A DNA stretch of 64,000 bases from Minisyncoccota bacterium (lineage in GTDB: Bacteria > Patescibacteriota > Minisyncoccia > Phycocordibacterales > SBAW01), in the NCBI GenBank assembly GCA_018060985.1, contig JAGOUZ010000003.1:47356-111355 (forward strand), read 5' to 3'. Shown here piece after piece: positions 35,149 to 47,749 of this stretch. The notes beneath the pieces are model-generated. The model was not told where the DNA came from. It was given only the letters and a program-made list of their open reading frames with translations, and did no database searches. A program made the position numbers and the translations under genes. Position 1 is the first letter of the stretch. Each line of letters begins with the position of its first letter.

Positions 35149-35826
35149 ATGGATCCCCAGGTCTCAAATTCGTTCATTCCAAAGAAGCCGCTTACCGGAG
35201 AGCGTACACGCGGTAATGCATTTGGTTTTATCGTCCTTATTGCGGTGTTGGTGTTTATTGCATCAGGCGCAGCAGCGGGCGGTGTATTTGTGTATGGCCG
35301 CGTTCTCCAGAGTTCGCTTGAGTCAAAGAAGTCTTCGCTCAATAAATCGCAAGAAGCGTATGACCCGGGTGTTATCGAAGACCTCGTTCGTCTGGACACT
35401 CGTATGATCCAAGGCCGCTCTCTGCTCGAAAAGCACATCTCTCCCTCATCGATCTTTACCTTCCTGTCAGAGAACACGCTTGAGGACGTGCAATTTACGG
35501 AATTTGAGTACTCAATTACTGATGGCGGCGCTGCGGCTATAACCATGAAGGGCGACGCAAAAGACTTTTCGACTGTTGCACTCCAGTCGGACCGCTTTGG
35601 CTCGAGCAAGATGCTTCGCGAGATTGTATTTTCTGACATCGCTATCGGTGCAGAAGGGGGAGTGAGCTTTTCGGTAAGCGCAACCATCGATCTCCCGAAC
35701 CTGCTCTACAGCAAGCATCTAAACCAGACAGTCTTTGTACCGCCTGCTGCGGATAGCGTTGCCCCTGCCTCTGTCCCTGCCGTTACCGCTACTTCGACCT
35801 CGTCGACCACAAAACCAAGCATATGA
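35149..35826 (+). CDS. PilN-like bitopic membrane protein
   Basis: N-terminal TM then periplasmic domain; position after pilM. Confidence 0.6.
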   Translation: MDPQVSNSFIPKKPLTGERTRGNAFGFIVLIAVLVFIASGAAAGGVFVYGRVLQSSLESKKSSLNKSQEAYDPGVIEDLVRLDTRMIQGRSLLEKHISPSSIFTFLSENTLEDVQFTEFEYSITDGGAAAITMKGDAKDFSTVALQSDRFGSSKMLREIVFSDIAIGAEGGVSFSVSATIDLPNLLYSKHLNQTVFVPPAADSVAPASVPAVTATSTSSTTKPSI

Positions 35827-36374
35827 TGCGATTTATTACACCTCTTGTACTGGTAGGCCTGGGCGTAGCGCTCTTCATGCTCTATACCGACCCTGCGTAT
35901 CAGGACACTAAAGAAGTTAAGGTGCAGGTGGACTCATACGACAATGCTCTTACCAAATCTCAGGAGCTTAAAAAGGTGCGCGATCAACTGCTCTCGAGGC
36001 GCAATGCGCTCCGGGTGGAAGATCTCCAGAAGCTCGAGAAGGTGCTTCCTGACAACGTCGACAACATCCGCCTTATTATCGACATCGACAACATTACGAC
36101 CCGTCGAGGCCTAGCGCTTAAGGATGTACAGCTTGGCGAAATATCCGACTCGACTACTGCGCGCGACCCGCTTGCAGTTGGCGACTCCGGCAACCCTGTA
36201 GGCTCTGTTACGCTTAACTTTACCGTCTCTGCAGGATACGAAGACTTCTTAACGCTCCTTGCCGACTTGGAGCATAGTTTGCGTGTGGTTGATATCGAGA
36301 GAATCGCTTTTACAGCGGGGGATACGGGACAAGACGAATATGAAGTTACCATCCGCACCTACTGGCTCCGTTAA
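35823..36374 (+). CDS. PilO-like membrane protein
   Basis: TM plus coiled-coil then beta domain; overlapping start with the preceding gene. Confidence 0.6.
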   Translation: MMRFITPLVLVGLGVALFMLYTDPAYQDTKEVKVQVDSYDNALTKSQELKKVRDQLLSRRNALRVEDLQKLEKVLPDNVDNIRLIIDIDNITTRRGLALKDVQLGEISDSTTARDPLAVGDSGNPVGSVTLNFTVSAGYEDFLTLLADLEHSLRVVDIERIAFTAGDTGQDEYEVTIRTYWLR

Positions 36375-36384
36375 TATTTGATAT

Positions 36385-36681
36385 ATGCAAGCCTTTAAAG
36401 ACAAAAAAACATTGATATACGGGCTCATACTCACCGTATTGCTTATTGTTGCGTACTTTGTGATGTTTGCTGACAAAGGGGAGGGGCCTGCACTTACCGC
36501 AGTTTCAGAAGACCCAACGTCTGCCGTCTCACGCGACCTCCTTAAAACCCTTTCGAGCCTGAATGTTATTAAACTCGATGAGACTCTGTTTGCTGACCCG
36601 GTGTTCACGTCACTTTCTGACTTCGGCGTTATTATTCCAGCGCAGCCTATCGGCCGCCGCAACCCGTTCGCTCCTATTTAA
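36385..36681 (+). CDS. small pilus-assembly-associated membrane protein (PilP-like?)
   Basis: 98 aa, single TM, GRRNPF C-terminal motif. Confidence 0.4.
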   Translation: MQAFKDKKTLIYGLILTVLLIVAYFVMFADKGEGPALTAVSEDPTSAVSRDLLKTLSSLNVIKLDETLFADPVFTSLSDFGVIIPAQPIGRRNPFAPI

Positions 36682-36689
36682 CCTGGCCT

Positions 36690-38555
36690 ATGGATCTACT
36701 GCAGCTTTTAAGCGACAAAGGAGTCGTCGATCGTGCCCGCCTTGCTGAACTTCAGGAGGAAATTGCAAAGCCAGGGAACTCAGCAGAAGCCGTACTCCAG
36801 AAATCAGGCGTTACGCTTAAAGATATTCTGGCAGTCAAAGGCGAGCACTACGGACTCCCCACACGCGAACTTGGCGACCACAGCGTACCCTTCGATATTT
36901 TGCGCTTTGTGCCGGAAGAATCGGCACGTTACTACCGCTTTGCACCTCTTGCCGTCCAAGATGGCGTACTAGAGATTGGCGTTACCGACCCAGACAACAT
37001 GGAGGCGCGGGATGCGCTTACCTTTATTTCTGCAAAGGTGGGCATGCCTTACAAAGTATTTTTGGTTACTGATACTGATTTTGAAAAACTGCTCACGTTG
37101 TATAAAGGTCTGTCTGGAGAAGTGGGGAAGGCGCTCGGGGAGCTCGAGACCGAGCTTACGCTCGAGGCACTCGAAGTTGATAAAAAGGGAAATAAGAAAT
37201 CGCTCGCGCTTGAGGACGATCTTATTACGGAAACCGAGACCGATGCCATTACCGAAGATGCCCCGGTTACAAAGATTGTAGCCACCATGCTACGCCATGC
37301 GGTAGAACAGCGTGCGTCCGACATCCACGTTGAACCGCTGGTCGACCAGACGCGTGTGCGCTTTCGCGTGGACGGTGTGCTTATCACCAACATTACGCTT
37401 CCGCCTAAAATTCACTCCTCGGTCGTGGCGCGCATCAAGGTGCTCTCTAACATGAAGCTCGACGAAAAAAGAAAGCCGCAGGACGGCCGCTTTTCCGCGC
37501 GTGTCTCCGGCAACAAAGTCGACTTCCGTGTCTCGACCTTCCCAACCTACTACGGCGAGAAGGTGGTGATGCGTATTTTGGGCGCCTCGGCCAAGGTGCT
37601 TAAGCTTGATGACTTTGGGCTCTCAAAGCGCAACTTAGAGTTAATCCGCACCGCGATTAAAAAGCCCTACGGCCTCGTGCTTATCTCCGGCCCTACGGGC
37701 TCCGGTAAATCTACTTCGCTGTACGCTATTTTGAACGAAGTCGACCGCGAAAAACAAAACGTACTTTCGCTTGAAGACCCGGTCGAATATACCATCCCGG
37801 GCGTGGCGCAAAGCCAGGTGCGGCCTGAAATCGGTTACACCTTTGCCAATGGACTACGCACCACACTCCGTCAGGACCCGAATGTGATAATGGTCGGCGA
37901 AATCCGCGACAGCGAGACCGCCAACTTGGCGGTGCAAGCCGCATTGACCGGCCACTTGGTGCTGTCGACCATCCACACCAACAACGCTATAGGCATTGTG
38001 CCGCGCCTCCTCGACATGGGTGTGGAGCCGTACCTTATTCCCCCCGTACTTATTTTGGGCATCGCACAGCGCCTGGTTAAGACCCTATGTCCCGGGGGAG
38101 GGAAGAAGATGAAGGTAGAGGGCAGTGTTGAAGCGATGCTTAAAGAACAATTTGCTGACCTTCCGGCGGAGTATCAAAAAGATATTCCATCGCTCGCAGA
38201 AATGTCCCTCATTGACCAAACTGCTGACTGCCCTTCGGGCACAAGGGGTCGTATTGCGGCGTTTGAAATGTTTGACATGAACATAGAGCTTGAGAAAGCG
38301 ATTTTGGCCAATAAGTCAGAAGATGACTTATACAAAATTGTACGCAAGAGCGGCATGCTCACGATGAAAGAGGATGCTATCATAAAATCAGCGCAGGGTA
38401 CGGTGCCGTTTGAGGAAGTAAACACCCTGGGCGGTGAGTTTGAACTCGACGAACCTGCTGAGGTGGTTCCTCCTGCACCTGTGGCTATGAGTGAAGACGC
38501 TACAGAAGTACCCACCACTCCTCCTAAAAAGAACCCGTTCAAAAAAGAAGCATAA
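36690..38555 (+). CDS. pilB: type IV pilus assembly ATPase PilB (GspE family)
   Basis: Walker A GPTGSGKST, GspE N-domain, C-terminal zinc/acidic tail. Confidence 0.95.
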   Translation: MDLLQLLSDKGVVDRARLAELQEEIAKPGNSAEAVLQKSGVTLKDILAVKGEHYGLPTRELGDHSVPFDILRFVPEESARYYRFAPLAVQDGVLEIGVTDPDNMEARDALTFISAKVGMPYKVFLVTDTDFEKLLTLYKGLSGEVGKALGELETELTLEALEVDKKGNKKSLALEDDLITETETDAITEDAPVTKIVATMLRHAVEQRASDIHVEPLVDQTRVRFRVDGVLITNITLPPKIHSSVVARIKVLSNMKLDEKRKPQDGRFSARVSGNKVDFRVSTFPTYYGEKVVMRILGASAKVLKLDDFGLSKRNLELIRTAIKKPYGLVLISGPTGSGKSTSLYAILNEVDREKQNVLSLEDPVEYTIPGVAQSQVRPEIGYTFANGLRTTLRQDPNVIMVGEIRDSETANLAVQAALTGHLVLSTIHTNNAIGIVPRLLDMGVEPYLIPPVLILGIAQRLVKTLCPGGGKKMKVEGSVEAMLKEQFADLPAEYQKDIPSLAEMSLIDQTADCPSGTRGRIAAFEMFDMNIELEKAILANKSEDDLYKIVRKSGMLTMKEDAIIKSAQGTVPFEEVNTLGGEFELDEPAEVVPPAPVAMSEDATEVPTTPPKKNPFKKEA

Positions 38556-38558
38556 CCT

Positions 38559-39620
38559 ATGGACTATAAACAAAAACTCTCAGAACTTATCGAGGCTCTT
38601 ATTGCCCAAGGTGCTTCAGACCTTCACCTTAGCGTTGGCAGTCAGCCCGTTATCCGTGTCTCGGGCGCACTAACGCCGCTTTTGCAGGAGAAAGTGCTCA
38701 CGCAGGCGGACATGGACGGATTTTTTGCTGAACTCTTGTCTCCGGAGCGTGCCAAAGATTTTAAGGACACACAGGAGGTCGACTTTTCGTACTCCTACCA
38801 AGACAAAGTGCGCTTTAGAGGAAACGGCTACTGGCAGCGCAGCACCTCGGCAGTGGCACTCCGTTTGATCCCCAAAGTAATTCGCTCTATTGGAGAGCTT
38901 AATTTGCCCCCGGCGCTTGAAAGCTTTGCACTACGTGAACAGGGATTCTTTTTGGTGGTGGGTCCGGTGGGACAGGGAAAGACCACCACCCTTGCGGCGC
39001 TTATCGAAAAGATTAACCAAGAGCGCACCGAGCACATAGTGACGATCGAAGACCCAATTGAGTATTTGTTTGAAAATAAAAAATCGCTGATTGACCAACG
39101 AGAAGTTAAGGTGGACACCGTCGACTTCCATATAGCGCTTCAGTCGGTATTCCGCCAAGACGCAGACGTGCTTATGGTGGGGGAAATGCGTACTCCGGAA
39201 ACTATGTCTACTGCCGTTACTGCGGCGGAGACGGGCCACCTCGTGTTTTCTACACTCCACACTAACAATGCGGCCCAAACTATCGACCGTATTATCGACT
39301 CGTTCCCGGCAAACCAGCAGGATCAGATCCGCGTCCAGCTCGCTGGCTCGCTCGCAGGTGTGTTTTCCCAGCGTCTTGTGCCCCGCATCTCTGGCGGGTT
39401 GGTGCCAGCGTATGAGCTCATGGTGTCTACACCGGCTATCGCAAACCTGATCCGTGAAAAACGTACGCACGAAATACAAACCGTTATTGAAACTGGCTCA
39501 GAAGAGGGAATGATAGACATGAACCGTTCGCTCGCTGAACTGGTGCGTGGCGGAGAAATTTCCGTAGAGAGTGCCTATTCCCGCACCTGGAATCCGCGCA
39601 CGCTTGAACGCTTGCTCTAA
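38559..39620 (+). CDS. pilT: twitching-motility retraction ATPase PilT
   Basis: Walker A GPVGQGKTTT, 353 aa. Confidence 0.9.
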   Translation: MDYKQKLSELIEALIAQGASDLHLSVGSQPVIRVSGALTPLLQEKVLTQADMDGFFAELLSPERAKDFKDTQEVDFSYSYQDKVRFRGNGYWQRSTSAVALRLIPKVIRSIGELNLPPALESFALREQGFFLVVGPVGQGKTTTLAALIEKINQERTEHIVTIEDPIEYLFENKKSLIDQREVKVDTVDFHIALQSVFRQDADVLMVGEMRTPETMSTAVTAAETGHLVFSTLHTNNAAQTIDRIIDSFPANQQDQIRVQLAGSLAGVFSQRLVPRISGGLVPAYELMVSTPAIANLIREKRTHEIQTVIETGSEEGMIDMNRSLAELVRGGEISVESAYSRTWNPRTLERLL

Positions 39621-39626
39621 TAATCT

Positions 39627-40844
39627 ATGGAATTTAAGTACGAAGCACTCGACAATAGCGGCAAACCGACGAGCGGTACGGTAAATGCAGCAAGCCAAGA
39701 TGCTGCTATTGAGGCATTGCAGCACCGCGGGCTTACCATTACCGCATTTACTGCAGTAGGGCAGAAGAATGGCCTTCTGGTGTCGCTCGGCGGCATTACG
39801 ATATTTGGCGGTGTGTCTAACCGCGACCTGGTGCTCCTGTCTCGCCAGATTGCGACCTTGTTCGAGGCCCAAGTGTCTGCGTTGCGCGTATTCCGGCTCC
39901 TAGCTGAGCAGGCAGAAAAGCCGATTCTGCGCACCACCCTCACCGAAATAAGCGACGATCTGCAGGGCGGCAGTTCAATCTCTAAGGCGCTCGGTAAACA
40001 TCCAAAAGTATTCTCAGACTTTTACGTCAACATGGTGCGCTCCGGCGAAGAGTCGGGCAAACTCGATGAGACCTTTTTGTACCTAGCCGACTACATAGAC
40101 CGCTCGTACGAACTTACCTCAAAAGCGCGAAACGCTCTCATTTACCCGAGCTTTATCATCTTTACCTTTCTTGCGGTGATGACGCTGATGCTCACGGTAG
40201 TTATCCCAAAGATCGGCGCCATTATTGCAGAGTCTGGACAGGAGCTGCCGTTTATTACTGCGGTGGTGCTTGGCATGAGTAATTTCCTGATTGATTACGG
40301 CATCTTTATCATCTTTGCACTTATCATAGCGGGCTTCTTTTTGGTTCGGTTTATCAGAACGTCTGCAGGCAAGCTTGCCTTTGACCGTTTTAAACTTTCT
40401 ATGCCGTATCTCGGCAAATTGTATCAAAAGCTCTTTTTGGCACGCATCGCCGACAACATGCACGTGATGCTCTCCTCCGGTATCTCCGCAGTGCGCTCTC
40501 TCGAAATTTCTGCAAACGTAGTAGGGAACAGTGTCTACGAGGGTATTTTGCACGAGGCTATTGAAGCCGTTAAAGCGGGCACCACTATGTCGCAGGTGAT
40601 GAGCCGCTACCCAGACGATATTCCGCAAATTATGGTCCAGATGCTACAGATAGGCGAGGAGACCGGCGAGCTCGGTAACATCCTTGAGCGTCTTGCTAAG
40701 TTTTATAATCGCGAGGTTAATGCCGCAGTGGACACCCTCGTTTCCTTGATTGAACCGGCCCTTATTATCGCTCTCGCGCTCGGCGTTGGCTTTTTGCTTG
40801 CGGCCGTACTCCTGCCTATCTACAACACCGCGGGCACGATCTAG
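39627..40844 (+). CDS. pilC: type IV pilus platform protein PilC (GspF family)
   Basis: 405 aa, two GspF repeats, three TM segments. Confidence 0.9.
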   Translation: MEFKYEALDNSGKPTSGTVNAASQDAAIEALQHRGLTITAFTAVGQKNGLLVSLGGITIFGGVSNRDLVLLSRQIATLFEAQVSALRVFRLLAEQAEKPILRTTLTEISDDLQGGSSISKALGKHPKVFSDFYVNMVRSGEESGKLDETFLYLADYIDRSYELTSKARNALIYPSFIIFTFLAVMTLMLTVVIPKIGAIIAESGQELPFITAVVLGMSNFLIDYGIFIIFALIIAGFFLVRFIRTSAGKLAFDRFKLSMPYLGKLYQKLFLARIADNMHVMLSSGISAVRSLEISANVVGNSVYEGILHEAIEAVKAGTTMSQVMSRYPDDIPQIMVQMLQIGEETGELGNILERLAKFYNREVNAAVDTLVSLIEPALIIALALGVGFLLAAVLLPIYNTAGTI

Positions 40845-40954
40845 AGCAGGGGGCTATCCACAGGGCTTCCATTGTGGAAGATATAAACCGGCTATACTTT
40901 AGGCATCCGCAATTAGCGTTAAATTTATTAATTAGTAACAATTCGGATACGAAT

Positions 40955-41413
40955 ATGCATAAAAGTTATAAGGGAGGCTTCACCCTCATCGAACTCCTCG
41001 TCGTTATCGCCATCATCGGCATTTTGGCCGGTATCGTGCTTGCGTCTCTAAACAGCGCTCGCAGTGGTGCGACTGACGCAAAAGTTAAAGAGCAGCTTAA
41101 GAGCATGCAAACAGCCGCAGAAATCTACTACTCTGTTAACGGTCACTACGGCGTAGCTACCGCTGCAGCCGCTAACTGCACAACGGGCGGTATGGGTCTT
41201 GATACGAACTCAGGCTTCGCTACTCTCGTGACTGCTGCAAATTGGCCAGCAAGCGTTGCACCAACCTGTACGACAAACTCAACCGTGTCTAACACGGCAT
41301 CATCTTGGTCAGCTTGGCACGTATACAACACTGCGGGTAACGGCTTCTGTGTAGACAGCACAGGTGCCGCTAAAGATCGCGCTACTGCTCCGGCAGCAGG
41401 TGCAGCTTGTTAA
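40955..41413 (+). CDS. type IV pilin (major-pilin-like)
   Basis: Prepilin signal MHKSYKG|FTLIELLVVIAIIGILAGIV; start at ATG 40955 within the longer ORF. Confidence 0.85.
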   Translation: MHKSYKGGFTLIELLVVIAIIGILAGIVLASLNSARSGATDAKVKEQLKSMQTAAEIYYSVNGHYGVATAAAANCTTGGMGLDTNSGFATLVTAANWPASVAPTCTTNSTVSNTASSWSAWHVYNTAGNGFCVDSTGAAKDRATAPAAGAAC

Positions 41414-41435
41414 GTTCTCGCATAGTTTAAATCGA

Positions 41436-41462
41436 AATCCCCAGCCTAGGCTGGGGATTTTG
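41436..41462 (+). terminator. intrinsic terminator after the first pilin gene
   Basis: AAATCCCCAGCC-tag-GGCTGGGGATTTT. Confidence 0.6.
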
Positions 41463-41489
41463 TATGTAGCGTATATACTTATTATATAT

Positions 41490-41963
41490 ATGAGCCATAC
41501 AGCACGAGGTTTTACGCTTATCGAGCTATTAGTAGTTATTGCAATAATTGGTATTTTAGCGGGCATCGTTCTCGCATCTCTTAATAGTGCTCGGGGTGGC
41601 GCTGGTGATGCTAAGGTCAAGGCTCAATTGGGTAGTATGAGGTCTCAGTCGGAGTTATACACCGGTGCGACAACTGCAGTAGCAAATGCTGCATGTCCCA
41701 CCAGCGCTTCTGCGACACTGTTCGGCTCTGCAAACAATGGTCTCGGGGCTTTGTTGGGCGGCATCACTCTTGCAAACACCCGCTGCTCATATGCAGGTAC
41801 TACTTTGCCGAGCAACGGGGGAGCCTGGGCGGTTGCAGCACTTATAAGCAACAATACTAGTGCGTGGTGTGTAGACTCAACGGGTGTGTCGCGTGGCTCT
41901 ACTAGCGGCGGTGTTGCCTACACCACCATTGCAAGCACGGGGACAGGTAATACATGTTTATAG
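41490..41963 (+). CDS. type IV pilin (second paralogue)
   Basis: MSHTARG|FTLIELLVVIAIIGILAGIV; AT-rich promoter-like TATATA stretch between terminator and ATG. Confidence 0.85.
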   Translation: MSHTARGFTLIELLVVIAIIGILAGIVLASLNSARGGAGDAKVKAQLGSMRSQSELYTGATTAVANAACPTSASATLFGSANNGLGALLGGITLANTRCSYAGTTLPSNGGAWAVAALISNNTSAWCVDSTGVSRGSTSGGVAYTTIASTGTGNTCL

Positions 41964-42514
41964 TATCTAAAAAAAGAGGTTTTACTCTGATCGAACTTCT
42001 CGTTGTTATATCTATAATCGGAATCCTTTCGGGTATTGTTATAACAGGGCTCGATAAGGCGCGCCAAGGTGGGCGCGATGCGCGACGCATCGCTGATATA
42101 AAAAATATCCAGCTTGCACTCCAGCTGTATTACACAGATCAAACGATACCGCAGTATCCAACCTCGCTTACCACCCTTGTACCGGTCTATATTTCAGTCC
42201 TTCCTAAAGATCCAAATGTTTCCGGCTCGTGTACCAGTGGTTCCGAAGCCAGTTGCTACAAATACAATGCATACCGGTCAGGCGCCGGTGCCTGCAATGC
42301 AAGCAACGTGCCGGTTACGTATCATCTTGGTGCGCTACTGGAGAGTGCAGGCAACTCTGCGCTTATAGATGATATTGACGCTACATTTACGGGCGGCCTC
42401 TGTACCGGAGGAAATCCGAGTGGTGGTTTTAGCGGTCTCAGTGCCAACTGTTCTTCTACTGCAGGTACGGCGCAACCGGGTGGTACGGAGCAGTGCTATT
42501 CTCAAACGCCGTGA
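41954..42514 (+). CDS. type IV pilin (third paralogue)
   Basis: MFIVSKKRG|FTLIELLVVISIIGIL. Confidence 0.8.
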   Translation: MFIVSKKRGFTLIELLVVISIIGILSGIVITGLDKARQGGRDARRIADIKNIQLALQLYYTDQTIPQYPTSLTTLVPVYISVLPKDPNVSGSCTSGSEASCYKYNAYRSGAGACNASNVPVTYHLGALLESAGNSALIDDIDATFTGGLCTGGNPSGGFSGLSANCSSTAGTAQPGGTEQCYSQTP

Positions 42515-43287
42515 TAGACGCGTGGCTTTGCATTGCGGCGCTACTCCTCGGTGCCATTTTTGGGAGTTTTATAAACGCGCTTTCGTACCGCTTTAACACC
42601 GGGAGGGGAATGGGTGGTCGCTCCAAATGCATGACCTGCGGGCACACGTTGCGCGCTATTGACCTCGTTCCTGTGCTCTCGTTCCTATTTCTGAGGGGAA
42701 AGTGCCGCTATTGTCATGCAAAAATCTCCCCCCAGTACCCGTTGGTTGAAATTGCTGCGGCGGGTATCTCGCTCCTAACCTATCTGGCGCATCCGGCCCC
42801 AGCTGCGTATGCGTTTTGGCTTCTCGTATTTTTGATTCTGATATTCATTGTCGTATACGATATGCGGCATACGGTTATACCCTGGTCGGCTTCGGGTGCG
42901 CTGCTGGTTCTCGCACTACTTTCACTTTTTGTCAGCTTTGACCCGCCGTTCTCGGTTTTTTATCCGCCGCTATTAAGTCTCATTGCGGGACCGATTCTTG
43001 CATTACCACTATTTCTTTTTTCGGCAGTATCGGCAGGAAGGTGGATGGGGTGGGGGGATAGCGGGCTCGAACTTTCTCTCGGCTGGCTCCTCGGGCTTAC
43101 GGCCGGCCTTACTGCGCTGGTTCTGGCATTTTGGATAGGCGCACTAGTGGGCATAGCGCTCATAATCTTAAAAAAAGGGCTTACAATTAAAAGCGAAGTG
43201 CCCTTCGCACCGTTCTTAGTGCTTGGAGCTCTTATCGTTCATTTCTTTCATGTCGACTTTTTTACAACGCTTCCGCTCCTCTTCTAG
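42493..43287 (+). CDS. pilD: prepilin peptidase PilD (A24 family)
   Basis: CxxC...CxxC zinc motif, multi-TM. Confidence 0.9.
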   Translation: MLFSNAVIDAWLCIAALLLGAIFGSFINALSYRFNTGRGMGGRSKCMTCGHTLRAIDLVPVLSFLFLRGKCRYCHAKISPQYPLVEIAAAGISLLTYLAHPAPAAYAFWLLVFLILIFIVVYDMRHTVIPWSASGALLVLALLSLFVSFDPPFSVFYPPLLSLIAGPILALPLFLFSAVSAGRWMGWGDSGLELSLGWLLGLTAGLTALVLAFWIGALVGIALIILKKGLTIKSEVPFAPFLVLGALIVHFFHVDFFTTLPLLF

Positions 43288-43903
43288 AGCCTTCACGCTC
43301 ATAGAGCTTATGATGGTGGTGGCCATTATGACCATCATGACCGGGGCGTTTTTGTTTCAAAATCGGCAGTTCGACAGCACCACGCTCCTGCGTGGACTGA
43401 CATATAAAACAGCGCTGATTATCCGCGAGGCACAGACCTACGGCACATCCGTGCGCATTGTGGGTAGCATTGCTGCTCCCGCACCTGCCTATGGCATTTA
43501 TATGGCAGGCACCACCGACATAGGAACCTACTATTTGTTTGGCGACACTGCGCCATCGCCAGGCGGGAACCGCGCTCGCAGCTCCGATGGCACCGAAGAT
43601 GTTGAAACGTTTAACTTAAACTCAAAATATAAAATTAATAAGTTCTGTGTTACCCGATCGAGCACGACCGCGTGTTCTGACGCAGGTGGCCCGACAGCTC
43701 TTACCATCCTTTTTATACGCCCTAACTCGGATGCGTGCTTTGCAACTAATTTGGCTGGAGAGACCACGCTCTGTGTCGCCGGCGATCCGGGAGTGGACTA
43801 CACGCAGGCAACAATCCAACTTAAATCAGTGGCAAGCAGTGTGACGCGCACCATTACGGTAACCAGTACTGGACAGATATCAGTAGGGGCACCCGGGAGC
43901 TAA
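43250..43903 (+). CDS. pseudopilin/minor pilin
   Basis: MSTFLQRFRSSSRA|FTLIELMMVVAIM; overlaps the pilD 3' end. Confidence 0.65.
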   Translation: MSTFLQRFRSSSRAFTLIELMMVVAIMTIMTGAFLFQNRQFDSTTLLRGLTYKTALIIREAQTYGTSVRIVGSIAAPAPAYGIYMAGTTDIGTYYLFGDTAPSPGGNRARSSDGTEDVETFNLNSKYKINKFCVTRSSTTACSDAGGPTALTILFIRPNSDACFATNLAGETTLCVAGDPGVDYTQATIQLKSVASSVTRTITVTSTGQISVGAPGS

Positions 43904-43908
43904 ACGAT

Positions 43909-44475
43909 ATGAATAAACGCGGATTTACACTTATTGAATTGATGGTCTCCGTTACGATATTTATTATCGTGATGACGGTGGCGCTCGGAGCGCTGCTTGC
44001 CATGTCCGCCTCTGATCGCAGAGCGCAGTCGGTAAAGACCGTGATGAATAACCTGAGCTTTGCGCTTGAGAGTATGACGCGCACGATACGCACCGGGTAT
44101 GACTACCACTGTAACTCGTCTTCCGGTGGTGATTGTACGAGCGGCTCTGGCGGCTACGCTTTTTACTTTACGTCAGCAGCCAGTCAGTCGGTGTCATACT
44201 GCCTTGGCACGGGCACTACCTGCGGTACTAGTACCGTCTGTGCTGCGGGCTGCAGTATTTTGAGATCTACAAACGGAGGCAGCACCTACCAGTCTATGAC
44301 CGCTCCAGAAGTTAAAATTTATAACATGTCGTTTTACTTGCAGGGGTCACTCACGACAGACGATGTCCAGCCGCGCGTCACCATTACGCTCGACGGTGCG
44401 GCTCTTACGGCTGATGTAACCCCGGCAACGTTCCAAGTTCAAACGTCGGTAACGCAGCGCTTGTATGATCAGTAG
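43909..44475 (+). CDS. pseudopilin (GspH/FimT-like)
   Basis: MNKRG|FTLIELMVSVTIFIIVM. Confidence 0.75.
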   Translation: MNKRGFTLIELMVSVTIFIIVMTVALGALLAMSASDRRAQSVKTVMNNLSFALESMTRTIRTGYDYHCNSSSGGDCTSGSGGYAFYFTSAASQSVSYCLGTGTTCGTSTVCAAGCSILRSTNGGSTYQSMTAPEVKIYNMSFYLQGSLTTDDVQPRVTITLDGAALTADVTPATFQVQTSVTQRLYDQ

Positions 44476-45061
44476 ATTTATAAAACCAAAACTTAACCGA
44501 GGATTTACGCTGGTGGAGACACTGGTTGCAGTGCTGTTGCTTATTGTTGCTCTTGCAGGGCCTCTGACGATTGCCTCGCGTGGTGCGACGGCTGCTCGCG
44601 TGGCAAAAGATCAGATTATTGCGTACTACCTCGCGCAGGATGCTATCGAGTACGTGCGCTTTAAGCGAGACTCGGCTTGTTTGACGGCGCCTACTGACCA
44701 GCCGTGCCCAAACGCTACCTGGCTGTCAGGCGGCAGCTCGCCAACGCTTTCTGCTTGTACGAGCGGCACGTGCACTATAGAGACAGCTGGAACTCCTGCG
44801 GTACAAAGTTGCACCCCTAGTGCAACCAGCCCGTCTTGTGATGAGCTGTATATAAACACGACAAGTAAATTTTATACCCATGTAAGTAGCGGAAACACTA
44901 AGACTATATATAAACGCAGAGTCACTATTACAAGCCCAGTCATAAGCGGTGGCAGGCCTGACGAAGCGGTGGTTACCGTTACTGTGCTGTGGAAAAATGT
45001 TAATAATCCAACGGTCGAGCGCTCGATAGTCCTGACAGAAAATATTTTTAACTGGCAATAG
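44465..45061 (+). CDS. pseudopilin (PilW-like)
   Basis: KLNRG|FTLVETLVAVLLLIV. Confidence 0.75.
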   Translation: MISRFIKPKLNRGFTLVETLVAVLLLIVALAGPLTIASRGATAARVAKDQIIAYYLAQDAIEYVRFKRDSACLTAPTDQPCPNATWLSGGSSPTLSACTSGTCTIETAGTPAVQSCTPSATSPSCDELYINTTSKFYTHVSSGNTKTIYKRRVTITSPVISGGRPDEAVVTVTVLWKNVNNPTVERSIVLTENIFNWQ

Positions 45062-45066
45062 GTTGT

Positions 45067-45714
45067 ATGAATAAAAAAAGAGGATTTACCGTATTTTTTG
45101 CAGTCTTGGTAGGCTCGCTGGCGCTTGCGATCGGCCTTTCTATCTATGAGCTGCTTATACGCGAACTTGAGCTAGCCCAGGTTGCAACTCAGTCACAATT
45201 TTCTATCTATGCAGCGGATGCAGGTGCTGAGTGTGCGCTGTACTGGGACAACAAGTGTACGCCTGGCGTAAACGGAGTAACGGCGGCGTGCGTATGTACC
45301 TCGTTTGAAGGGGGAGTTTGTAGCGCGGGAACCGCCTTTTCAAGTACGACGAGTGCTATGCCAAACGCAACGGCTGGTGTGTTGTGCGGCTCGCCCGCGG
45401 GCGCCGCTCAAGATATTGCAGCCCGTGGTTGGCCCACGGGTATGAATCCAGCCAGTCCGCCAGATATAACGACACTCCCGGCGACGTGGACCTTGTGGGA
45501 CGAAACGCCGGCCGCAAATAGCACCAGCGCGACAACCAACTTTCTTTTGTTGTTAGGCAATTCGGTTAATAGTCCCTGCGCTAAGGTCACCGTGGCTAAG
45601 GTAGCTACGGTTGCAGGGCAGCCGTCTCGTACTACGGTAACCTCCCGCGGCTATAACTCCTGCAGCGGCGCCACCCCAACCAGGGTTGAACGTGCCTTCC
45701 AAGTAAGCTATTAA
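45067..45714 (+). CDS. pseudopilin (PilX-like)
   Basis: MNKKRG|FTVFFAVLVGSLALAIGLSIYE. Confidence 0.65.
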   Translation: MNKKRGFTVFFAVLVGSLALAIGLSIYELLIRELELAQVATQSQFSIYAADAGAECALYWDNKCTPGVNGVTAACVCTSFEGGVCSAGTAFSSTTSAMPNATAGVLCGSPAGAAQDIAARGWPTGMNPASPPDITTLPATWTLWDETPAANSTSATTNFLLLLGNSVNSPCAKVTVAKVATVAGQPSRTTVTSRGYNSCSGATPTRVERAFQVSY

Positions 45715-45718
45715 ATAA

Positions 45719-47743
<2,025 letters not shown>

Positions 47744-47749
47744 GCTACT

